DNA of 64,000 nucleotides from Planctomycetota bacterium (GTDB lineage Bacteria; Planctomycetota; UBA1135; UBA2386): NCBI GenBank assembly GCA_045105235.1, contig JBGCDH010000011.1, positions 141,992 to 205,991 of the forward strand, read 5' to 3'. Shown piece by piece: positions 40,401 to 47,651 of this stretch (position 1 is its first letter; each line of letters starts with the position of its first letter). The notes under the pieces were generated by a model. It saw only the letters and a program-made list of their open reading frames with translations, ran no database searches and was not told where the DNA came from. The position numbers and the translations under genes were made by a program.

Positions 40401-41068
40401 TCTGCAACCGCAATGGCCTCGTGCAGCAGACCGTTCGCGACGCACTCCGCCAGCAGCTCGCCGGCGACCGCCGCATGGTCGCTATGCAGCGAAAACGCGC
40501 GGACGAGCCAGCGCCAGCGCGCTCGCATGCGGCCTCGCTCGGCAAAGGCGTCGCTGAGGCGCATCAGCTCGACGGCAGAGACGCTCTGGCCGTTGCGCAC
40601 GCGGCGCGCATATTCCGCAGCGTGCGCATCGATCGCCTCTGGCGCGCGCGATGCATCGGCAAAGAAGCCTTCCACCGGCCTCCCTTCGGCGAGCGGAACA
40701 AGATCGTGCAGACGCGCAATCAGCGCGTCGCGAGCGCCGAGAGCTGCGCTGGTATCGACCGACACCTGCAATGGCGACAGCGGCAGCGGCTCGAGCTCAC
40801 GGGCGAAGCGGTCGACAAGCTGCCGAACCATCTGGGGCAGGACGGTCTCGACGTCTTCGCGGAGAATTTGCAGGGCGCGGACCACGTCGCCGGTCGCCCG
40901 CGCACGGCGCATGCGGTGGCTGTCGCCGTAGAGCGCTTCGCCCGTTTGACGCACAACGCGCACATCCGCCGGGTAGGGCGACGGTAGCGCGACCAGAAAG
41001 ACCATCGCGAGACCGATCACGAACGTGAAGCCGGCAATCTGGGTGCGCGTCAAGGTTACGGCAGCCAT
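37394..41068 (-). CDS. pelB: PelB-like TPR scaffold plus outer-membrane porin
   Basis: About 1224 aa from the ATG at 41068 (MAAVTLTRTQIAGFTFVIGLAMVFLVAL, a signal anchor). A long array of TPR-like helical repeats is followed by a C-terminal ~350 aa rich in alternating Gly and aromatic beta-strand patterns. It ends in an aromatic residue (...LEGVVRW), as OM beta-barrels do. An alternative start lies at 41143. Confidence 0.7.
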   Translation of the reverse strand: MAAVTLTRTQIAGFTFVIGLAMVFLVALPSPYPADVRVVRQTGEALYGDSHRMRRARATGDVVRALQILREDVETVLPQMVRQLVDRFARELEPLPLSPLQVSVDTSAALGARDALIARLHDLVPLAEGRPVEGFFADASRAPEAIDAHAAEYARRVRNGQSVSAVELMRLSDAFAERGRMRARWRWLVRAFSLHSDHAAVAGELLAECVANGLLHEAIAVAEVAGLAASDDESVLRQLAQLGAWTSRPDVEIAALEQLIQQQEDAADRARLIELYTYIDEVEKALPHAMALASNAAEIAEAEAAADAALGAGFVEQGLTMLTRAAVRAPDPRPWLERLARHRLTDLQVDRAAVELERASLLDPEGVLPELEILYRRIDRPDRLVEVLQRRLSVEPGNEELWREVISLRYALRQPGLASVLESRREEALADPEAFRKQLPPELRLQAIEAQRLALSLSMSGEEGSVVADVLDRLRPFLKEPAFRQTAEFLLAQHKDDPAARKLRIELVDLERSPAEATVAAADLAASYPQDTDLVRLWIQRAGWASLPEAEITARRRLAQLEPSDHDNRLAHAELLAFVGRVEAALPVWLGLYEEAGIHSPAVPLLVDSLFALGRENAGVALLERLAKDPDATWQHRLRAADELFYRSRDERAVPLYREVLKAQPEHETASLRLAQIYVRTGKPELATQLLTRRIDRAEASGTASPLARFQLGEVLYALGEESQSVSLHATALLEMQRIDQPDYAMRSRIAVSLVRLGRRAEAAVAYRELVAANPRDMDLVLDYADLALSLGQLGKAGGLVDLAAVSQPDSRRVSLLRGEIARRRGDLAAAEQLYIDAIERLGADAALSQTLGDVRTELGDWRGALSAYERWLQLERDNPVAQRETQQAWDRVATAAVGTARIVRLGEDRVLETTAGISVELPNAMRLNARVGSGSYRGAAAALGGVGKRIDTGLFDVAMTWRRAPGEHYAAGLLTAPGAPGNAAVGGFVAAQFVDRAPFASLGLRLGINELWTDPAAAPELGGRRSTLSANVYSEFAPGWWYGGMAAIDRVDIDVPMQGGFGDWRARGEVSVGHRFWNGPAAIAPPFAVHTLPTGPSSPFVHDQQPEQPERAWLGSAWVSLQTARLFEGDDLPRLLPIAKNDDHLIFATRFDRRFAGQFGCSVAANAGFDLDGDGAIWGVDAAITWRPRRWCELTAGVSHGAALGRVQDGEVDQFRLEGVVRW

Positions 41069-43239
41069 GCGCGCACCTCGCTCGTTGGGCCGCTGACGCG
41101 ACGCTCGGGCAACGCGATCTCGCAGCGCCCCTGCGAATCGCATGCAATGCTGCGCACTGCGCCATCAAGCGCGACCTGTAGCTCGGCGCTCGGCGGAGCG
41201 CCGGCAAGCACGATCGTGCGCGAACCGAAGCCGCCAACGCTGAGCTGAATCGATCGGCCATCCATCGCACGGCTCGCAACGCCGCAGCTAGCCTGCTCGA
41301 CAAACAGCCACGGCTTCACGGCTTGGCTTCGCTTGCCACCGTCGACAAACGACACTTCTGCGGACGCCGCAGCGAGATCGAGAAACAGCCTCTGGCCGAG
41401 GCGGCGCGCACCAAGCAGGCCTTTGGATTTGGCCCAGTCGATCGCGCCTGGATCGATATCAAAGCGCACCGTCCGGCACGTCTCGAAGCCGGCAAACGCG
41501 TAGCCCGTGGCCGTGCGGGCCATCCGGCACGATGACTGGGCGTCGAGCACGCTGGCGGCGTAGGTCGACGCATAGACCGGGATCGTGTTCTCCTCGCGAA
41601 CCCAGCGCCGCAGCAAGCCGTCAAACGCAGCCGCGCGGGCCGGATGCTCGACCGAGTAGAAGTGGCAGTAGACGTTCGCTGGTTTCAGGATGCGCGCGCC
41701 GCCGGTTCGCTCCAGCGTCGTCGACACGTGCGCAAAGGCGCCGGGCATGCTCGTGAAGAAGCCGTCGAACTCATTCTCGTTGGCGGCCCCGGCAAACACC
41801 TGCCATTCGCCGTCCAACGAACGCCCCCAAGGCGACACAAAGCCGACGCTGTCGTAGAGAGCATCGACGCGAAAGAGCCCGCCGTTGAGGTTGTAGCAGC
41901 CGGCTTCGCGCGCCGCGCGGAGCGCTTCGACCTTTGGGTTGGCCGCACCCGACCAGAACATTACCCGACAACGCTTGCCGGTCGGCGCAATCCAGCGATC
42001 CAAGAACGCGATCGACGCCCGCACTTCCTGCGCCATGTCGTGGCGGAAACCCGGCAGGTCGCGATACCACACGACCGTGCGCGGCAGCGAACGAGGATTG
42101 AGTCGGCGCCGCCAGTTGAGCGGGTGCAGCACGCTATGGCTCGCGAGCTCGACCCATGGACGCTCGACGATCTCGCGCGCGACCTTCATGCGCTCGTTGG
42201 GCTCCGCCGGCTGCAGATGATCCGTAAGCGATGCGACGACGTAGCTGATCGACATCGGCATCGGCCACGCATCGACGACCCGGTCGCGAAAGACCTCGCC
42301 GCAGTTTTGCCCGCGAACAACGGTGCTTTGGCTCTCGAAACCATCGCCATCCACGTGCAGCAAGAACATCCGTCGGCCGTGCTTCACGCACGGATCCGGG
42401 GCCGGCAGGTGCTGCACGCCGAGCGCTTCCGCCAAAAACGCAAACGGATCCGCATACCAGCGACGATCGAGGGCAACGCCGCCAGGACGCAAGAACCACG
42501 GCTGCAGGCCAATGCCGCCCCACGAGCCCGTCACAACCGGCGTGCGCACGCGCTTTGGCGTGCGCTTGTCGACGGTCTCGATCCAGGCGCGGCTGTCGCC
42601 GTCGACGATCCACGGGCCAAAGTGAATGCGTTCGTAGACGGGCTGCGACTCAAACGGGTAGACGTGCGGGCGCGGCATGCGCACGTCGATGACGCTGGGG
42701 TCGGCGACCGCAAGCAGATCGTGATCGAGCCCAAAGCGATTCAGGTGGCGCCGCAAGCGCGCGCCGCGATCACCGTTCGCGAGCGGCAGCAGGCTGCCGA
42801 AGTGCACCATCTTCAGGTTCGGATCCTGCGCCTCCAGCCATGGCCAGAACCATGCCGGCAGTTCATCGTTTGGCTGCAACCACGTGCCGATGGCGCGCAC
42901 GCGGGTTGCATCCACGTTCTCGGGTCTGCCGGCATCGAACGGGTGCTCAACCAACCGCATACCCAGATGGTTGAGCGGCATCTGCAGGAACGTGAACGCC
43001 AAGTCGGCGTGTGCCAGTTCGAGATCGGCGGTGACCTGTGGCACGACCAAGAGCACGTCGCGCGCCAACTCACGCGCGGCCCGAAACGCAGACGCATCGG
43101 GAGCGCGGGTCTCCGCAATCGGGCTCGCAGGGCGCAGCGTTGGACCGGACGTTTGTGCCGTCACCACGGCAAAGCCGATAGACAGACAAAGCAACGCGCG
43201 GACCAACCTCGCGGCAGGCTGATGATGAAAAAGTCGCAA
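41056..43239 (-). CDS. pelA: PelA-like protein lacking the glycoside hydrolase domain (CE4-type deacetylase core)
   Basis: Signal peptide LVRALLCLSIGFAVVTAQT. CE4-like metal and catalytic motifs are present (FLLHVDGDGFES and ELASHSVLHP), plus a C-terminal beta-rich domain. The start is a TTG at 43239 or 43206. It is the first gene of the operon. Confidence 0.7.
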   Translation of the reverse strand: MRLFHHQPAARLVRALLCLSIGFAVVTAQTSGPTLRPASPIAETRAPDASAFRAARELARDVLLVVPQVTADLELAHADLAFTFLQMPLNHLGMRLVEHPFDAGRPENVDATRVRAIGTWLQPNDELPAWFWPWLEAQDPNLKMVHFGSLLPLANGDRGARLRRHLNRFGLDHDLLAVADPSVIDVRMPRPHVYPFESQPVYERIHFGPWIVDGDSRAWIETVDKRTPKRVRTPVVTGSWGGIGLQPWFLRPGGVALDRRWYADPFAFLAEALGVQHLPAPDPCVKHGRRMFLLHVDGDGFESQSTVVRGQNCGEVFRDRVVDAWPMPMSISYVVASLTDHLQPAEPNERMKVAREIVERPWVELASHSVLHPLNWRRRLNPRSLPRTVVWYRDLPGFRHDMAQEVRASIAFLDRWIAPTGKRCRVMFWSGAANPKVEALRAAREAGCYNLNGGLFRVDALYDSVGFVSPWGRSLDGEWQVFAGAANENEFDGFFTSMPGAFAHVSTTLERTGGARILKPANVYCHFYSVEHPARAAAFDGLLRRWVREENTIPVYASTYAASVLDAQSSCRMARTATGYAFAGFETCRTVRFDIDPGAIDWAKSKGLLGARRLGQRLFLDLAAASAEVSFVDGGKRSQAVKPWLFVEQASCGVASRAMDGRSIQLSVGGFGSRTIVLAGAPPSAELQVALDGAVRSIACDSQGRCEIALPERRVSGPTSEVRAWLP

Positions 43240-44385
43240 CTTCGATCGATGCTCTCGCTACACCCATCGACAACGGCTGCACCCGCCCTTGATACGGTCG
43301 CATTCGATCCGTCATCAAAGTCGCTCCCCAAGCGGACTTGGGGACGTTATTTAGGGTTAGCGAGCAACTGTTTCTTGCTGCTCCTCGCCGCTCTGGGCGC
43401 ATGCCACAGTCCGCGACTTAAGGTTGTAGAGCCGACGGAGTTAGACATCGCGGTGCTCGCTCCGGTCAAAAACTGGGCGATGCAGCTGCAGGGCCTCCAG
43501 AGCGAAACTGCGATGCGCGCCCTCGAGTCTGCGAGTGTCGACATGTTGGTCATCGAGCCGATTCGCAGCCAGCGCGGCCTGTCGGACTTTCCAACAGCAC
43601 GCCTCGTCACGCGCCTGCAGCGCAGCGAAGGTGCGACCCTGCCGCGCAAACGAGTCATCGCGTATCTAAACGTCGGCCAAGCAGAGGACTACCGCTCGTA
43701 CTGGCAGCCCGACTGGCGCGCGCCCACCGAATCGCAGCCGGGCTCGCCCGCGTTTCTCGTCGGCCTCGACCCCGATGGCTGGGTCGGCAACTACCCGGTC
43801 GCCTACTGGCGCAGCGAATGGCAGCAGCGGCTGTTCGGCCAGCCTGACGCGCTGCTCGACCAAATCGTGGCCGACGGTTTCGACGGCGCCTACCTCGACT
43901 GGATCCTGGCCTTTGGCGACGCCAACGTCATCGCCGCCGCCGAACGAGACGGTGTCGACCCGGTCACGGCGATGGTCGACCTGCTCGACGAGATGCGCCG
44001 CTACGCGCGCGAACGCTATCCGCTGTTCGCTCTGATCGCACAGAACGGCATCGCGCTCTACGAAGCGGACTCTCGCCTGCTCGGCTGCGTCGATGCGCTG
44101 TCCCAGGAGGACGTTTCCTTCCGCGGCCTCGCGAGCGCAAGCTGGGACGAGCCGAACTCTGGCGACATCGCCTCCGCGCCCAGCGGTGAATGGTCCACCG
44201 ACCGCCTTTGCCAGCGCCTCGCCAACGTGCGGCAGCAAGGCTTGCCCATCTTCACGCTCGACTATGCGGTGAAACCCGACAACCAGGTGCTGGCGACGAC
44301 GACAAGCCGCGCGCACGGCTTCGTTCCGTACATCTCGCGGACACCGCTGGATCGCCTGGCCGAGCCGGCGGCACCAGCCCGCTAG
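43222..44385 (+). CDS. PelA-hydrolase-like / endo-alpha-1,4-polygalactosaminidase-like glycoside hydrolase (GH114/GH166-type), lipoprotein
   Basis: Only the last ~388 codons of the 913-aa track ORF are real. Lipobox LLLLAALGAC. TIM-barrel family blocks are VIAYLNVGQAEDYRSYW, NYPVAYWRSEW and GFDGAYLDWI. The start is an ATG at 43222 or 43249. It is transcribed divergently from, and abuts, the pelA-like start. Confidence 0.75.
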   Translation: MMKKSQLRSMLSLHPSTTAAPALDTVAFDPSSKSLPKRTWGRYLGLASNCFLLLLAALGACHSPRLKVVEPTELDIAVLAPVKNWAMQLQGLQSETAMRALESASVDMLVIEPIRSQRGLSDFPTARLVTRLQRSEGATLPRKRVIAYLNVGQAEDYRSYWQPDWRAPTESQPGSPAFLVGLDPDGWVGNYPVAYWRSEWQQRLFGQPDALLDQIVADGFDGAYLDWILAFGDANVIAAAERDGVDPVTAMVDLLDEMRRYARERYPLFALIAQNGIALYEADSRLLGCVDALSQEDVSFRGLASASWDEPNSGDIASAPSGEWSTDRLCQRLANVRQQGLPIFTLDYAVKPDNQVLATTTSRAHGFVPYISRTPLDRLAEPAAPAR

Positions 44386-44462
44386 CGGCGTTGCACGTCG
44401 CGGCGAAACGCGATTTGCTCGAAAGTCTGGCGGAGCCCGCGGGGACTTCCCCTCAACGACCC

Positions 44463-45146
44463 GTGAGCACAAACTGCTTCGAGTCCATCGTGAACATCCC
44501 GCCCATTCAGCGCCGTCCTACCGCAGCAGGATCCGCGGATCGGACCCTCCAGCGGCTGCGTGCGGCCAAGGCTGGCAACGGCGAAGCCTACGACGCTCTC
44601 TTCGCCGGCTCCGTCGACCGGCTGCAGCTGTTTCTGCGCGTTCGCTTAGGCAACGGACTGCGGCGATTTGAGGAGTCGGTCGATCTGCTGCAGGAGACCT
44701 ACTTGGCTGCGCACCAGGCGTTTGCAGACTTCTCGGTGCCTGCGAGCGGCGATGCGGGGCGCGCGTTCTTCGGCTGGCTCTGCGCCATCGCCGAAAACTG
44801 CATTCGGCAGCGAGCCGACCACCACGGCGCCAAGAAGAGGCGCGCGCCATCCAACGCTGCGGCCCAACGCTGCTCGCGCGTGTTCGAGAGCATTGCGGCC
44901 GGCACGCTGGGCCCGGCAACACGCGCCGAGCGACTCGACGAGCGGCACCGCATCGCGAGCGCCATGCTCGCTCTCGACGAAGATCCACGTGAGCTGCTGC
45001 TGCTCCGCCATTTCGAAGGCCTGGGCTACGGCGAGATCGCACGCCGGACCAAACGAAGCGAATCAAGTGCCCGCCGCGACGTTGCCGCCGCGCTCCAACT
45101 GCTCGGCAAGCAGCTCGCCCCTGGGCAGCAGGAGATGTCGCCATGA
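44463..45146 (+). CDS. ECF-type sigma-70 family sigma factor
   Basis: Region 2 (DALFAGSVDRLQLFLRVRL...DLLQETYLAAHQAFADF) and region 4 (LLLLRHFEGLGYGEIARRTKRSESSARRDVAAALQLL) are present. There is no in-frame ATG near the N-terminus. GTG candidates lie at 44463 and 44490. Confidence 0.8.
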   Translation: MSTNCFESIVNIPPIQRRPTAAGSADRTLQRLRAAKAGNGEAYDALFAGSVDRLQLFLRVRLGNGLRRFEESVDLLQETYLAAHQAFADFSVPASGDAGRAFFGWLCAIAENCIRQRADHHGAKKRRAPSNAAAQRCSRVFESIAAGTLGPATRAERLDERHRIASAMLALDEDPRELLLLRHFEGLGYGEIARRTKRSESSARRDVAAALQLLGKQLAPGQQEMSP

Positions 45147-47533
45147 CATCGCACCACGACACGCAGGCTGCGGCCGATGCGAGCGGACCGCTCGAGCAGG
45201 CGTGCGCAGCGCTTGAAGCACGGCTTGCGCGAGCCGAGACCGTCGACATCGCGTCGATCGCGACCGCGTCCGGAGCCGAACCAGGCGCTGTCGCCGAATG
45301 CGCCCGCGGCCTGCGCGCGCTGGACATCGCGCTCCATGAAGACACGACGGAGGACACGGCACCGCCGCCGCAACTCCCCGCCGACTACGAACTGCGCGGC
45401 GAACTCGGCCGCGGCGGCATGGGTATCGTGTACCGCGCCTACCAACGCTCGCTGCAGCGTGAAGTCGCGCTCAAGGTGCTGCGTCCGGGCGAGCGCATGT
45501 TCGGCGCGGCGATGCAGCGGTTCCGCCATGAGGCCCAGAGCCTGGCACGGCTGCGCCATCCGCACATTGTCTCGATCCACCAGGTGGGCGAAGACGGCCG
45601 CGACGTTTGGTTCACGATGGACCTGGTCGACGGCAAGACCCTCGCCGAGCTGTTGGAGCCACGCCGTATTCCGGTCGCTCAGACCGTGCGGCTTGTGCGC
45701 CAGGTTTGCGACGCGATGGCCTATGCCCACGGCCAGGGCGTGGTGCACCGCGACCTCAAGCCGGCGAACATCCTCATCGCCGAACGGGAAGAAGGCGTTC
45801 TGGACGCGTTTGTTGCCGACTTCGGCCTGGCCCGCGACGCTGCGGCTGCGGCTGCCTACACGCTCAGCGGACAGCTGCTCGGCACACCCGGCTACATGAG
45901 CCCAGAGCAGGCGCTGGGCCACACGCACGACGTAGGCGAGCGATCGGATGTCTACGCGCTCGGCGTCATCCTCTACGAGTGCCTGGCCGGCAGCGGGCCG
46001 TTCGCCAACCTGCCGCTCGCGCACATGCTGCATGCAGTCGCCGAAGGCACGCCGAAACCCCTGCAGGAGGCAGCTCCCAGCGTGCCGCGCGAACTCGCTG
46101 CCATCGTCCACAAAGCGATGGCCAGAAAACCGCTCGACCGCTTCCAAACGGTGCAGGCGCTGGCGCGCGAGCTGAAGCGCTTTGCCGACGGCGAACCGGT
46201 GAAAACGCAGCCGCCGTCGCTCCGCGACCGCACCCGCACCGCGGTGCTCAAGTCGCAGCGCACGGTCGCCATCGTGACCCTCGCGATCACCACAACGGCC
46301 ATGCTGACGTGGTGGCTCAGCGCACCGTTCGTCGCGCGCAGCAATACGCTGCAGCAAGCGCGCGAACTCATCCGCCTCGGCGAACCAACCGCAGCTGTGG
46401 CGCTCTTTGATCACATCGCAGACGAATCGCCGTTTGAGCCGGTGTCGCTACACGAGGCCGTCGAGTATGCAGCGGCCCTGACGCGGTGCGCGGGCCGCAG
46501 CATGCTGTTGGATCCCGACAGCAAAGACCCAGCCGCGCAGAGCATCGCCTTCGCCGAGCGAGCGGTCGCGGCGATCGAACCTTGGATCGAACACCTCGAC
46601 GTCTGGCCCGTTGCCCAGCAACGCCTGCCGGCGCAGCCCGACCTGCAGCAGCGCGCGCGCCTCGAGTGGCAGCGTGCCTCTGCGTGGTGCGGCAACCTGC
46701 TCAAGATCGAAGCGCAGGATAGCAATGCCTGGCTGTGGCCCACCCAAGCCGCCGATGGCGACCAGGACGCGCTGCTCGCCAGCCTGCCGCTGATCTTTCG
46801 CAGCGACGCGCTGTGGCAGCCGATCCAGACACGTCATGGCCTCGATCGCCGCATCGTGCTCGCCGCTCTCACGCACTTTGGACAGCTTCCGGAAAGCACG
46901 CAGTCGGCCATCCAATCGCGCCTCAGCGATAGCCGCAGCCTTCTTCGCCACACCAACCGGGCCTTTGAGCTGCAGCTCACGCACCACATGCGTTCGGACA
47001 ACGGCTCTGTGGTCCAGGCCGCGGCCGCCGTGCTCGCGGTTGCGACTCGCGGCACAACGATGGCTGTTGGCGGTTCGACCAAAGGGCCAAGACGAAACAT
47101 CGGGGCACTCAACAACGCCGCGCTTTGGGACCGGCTTGACCGCTTGCCTCAGCTCGAGGCGCGCCGAGAAGCCGTGCGTCTTGCCGCCGACAGCCGCATC
47201 GACCACCCCGGAACGTTCCATCCGGTGGTCTGGTCCGCGACCGGCCAGCACTGCGCCGACGCCAAATGGCACGCGTGGTGGGACGCAAACGGCGAAAAGG
47301 ATCCTCGCCAGTGGCTGATCGACTTGCTCGGCCTCAAGGTCCGCCGCAGCCGCTTGACGCCGGAAAAGGCGTTTGAGCTGTGGCGCGAGCACGAGGTCGA
47401 GATCGCGCGCCGCGGCACGCGCACGGCGGAGTTCGAAAACTACGCGTCGCTGATGCGGCTGACGCTGCCGCGCAGCGCCGAGCGCTGCCTCAGCAATCGT
47501 TTCGAAGACTGGCAGGCGCTTCTGGGCTGGTAG
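45143..47533 (+). CDS. Transmembrane Ser/Thr protein kinase with large C-terminal extracytoplasmic domain
   Basis: The ATG overlaps the ECF sigma stop (ATGA). Hanks kinase motifs are GRGGMGIVYRA, ALKVL, HRDLKPANIL, DFGLA and GTPGYMSPE. A TM helix (VAIVTLAITTTAMLTWWLSAPFV) is followed by about 400 aa of unknown fold. Confidence 0.9.
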   Translation: MTSHHDTQAAADASGPLEQACAALEARLARAETVDIASIATASGAEPGAVAECARGLRALDIALHEDTTEDTAPPPQLPADYELRGELGRGGMGIVYRAYQRSLQREVALKVLRPGERMFGAAMQRFRHEAQSLARLRHPHIVSIHQVGEDGRDVWFTMDLVDGKTLAELLEPRRIPVAQTVRLVRQVCDAMAYAHGQGVVHRDLKPANILIAEREEGVLDAFVADFGLARDAAAAAAYTLSGQLLGTPGYMSPEQALGHTHDVGERSDVYALGVILYECLAGSGPFANLPLAHMLHAVAEGTPKPLQEAAPSVPRELAAIVHKAMARKPLDRFQTVQALARELKRFADGEPVKTQPPSLRDRTRTAVLKSQRTVAIVTLAITTTAMLTWWLSAPFVARSNTLQQARELIRLGEPTAAVALFDHIADESPFEPVSLHEAVEYAAALTRCAGRSMLLDPDSKDPAAQSIAFAERAVAAIEPWIEHLDVWPVAQQRLPAQPDLQQRARLEWQRASAWCGNLLKIEAQDSNAWLWPTQAADGDQDALLASLPLIFRSDALWQPIQTRHGLDRRIVLAALTHFGQLPESTQSAIQSRLSDSRSLLRHTNRAFELQLTHHMRSDNGSVVQAAAAVLAVATRGTTMAVGGSTKGPRRNIGALNNAALWDRLDRLPQLEARREAVRLAADSRIDHPGTFHPVVWSATGQHCADAKWHAWWDANGEKDPRQWLIDLLGLKVRRSRLTPEKAFELWREHEVEIARRGTRTAEFENYASLMRLTLPRSAERCLSNRFEDWQALLGW

Positions 47534-47566
47534 CGACCTTCTCGGCCGGCGGCAAACTCGGCCGGC

Positions 47567-47618
47567 ATCGAACTGAGCCGGCGGCGCACTGGGCCGAAAT
47601 CGAACTGAGCCGGCGGCG
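47567..47618. repeat. 20-nt direct repeat (atcgaactgagccggcggcg) x2, period 32 nt, in convergent intergenic gap
   Basis: 47567-47586 is identical to 47599-47618. A shorter repeat, ctcggccggc, occurs at 47541-47550 and 47557-47566. Confidence 0.9.
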
Positions 47619-47640
47619 AGCGCTTGCGAAGCTCGCCGCC
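47612..47640. terminator. 10-bp GC-rich hairpin between convergent kinase and pntB genes (possible bidirectional terminator)
   Basis: ggcggcgagc (47612-47621) pairs perfectly with gctcgccgcc (47631-47640) around a 9-nt loop. There is no clean T-run on the plus strand and only a weak one on the minus strand. Confidence 0.4.
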
Positions 47641-47651
47641 AGCCGATCGAT

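Noticed and set aside
41644..43221. The N-terminal 526 codons of the 913-aa plus-strand ORF 41644..44385
   Set aside because: This part is antisense to the pelA-like gene and is Arg-rich junk. A genuine lipoprotein signal and glycoside-hydrolase motifs begin only after the ATG at 43222 or 43249.
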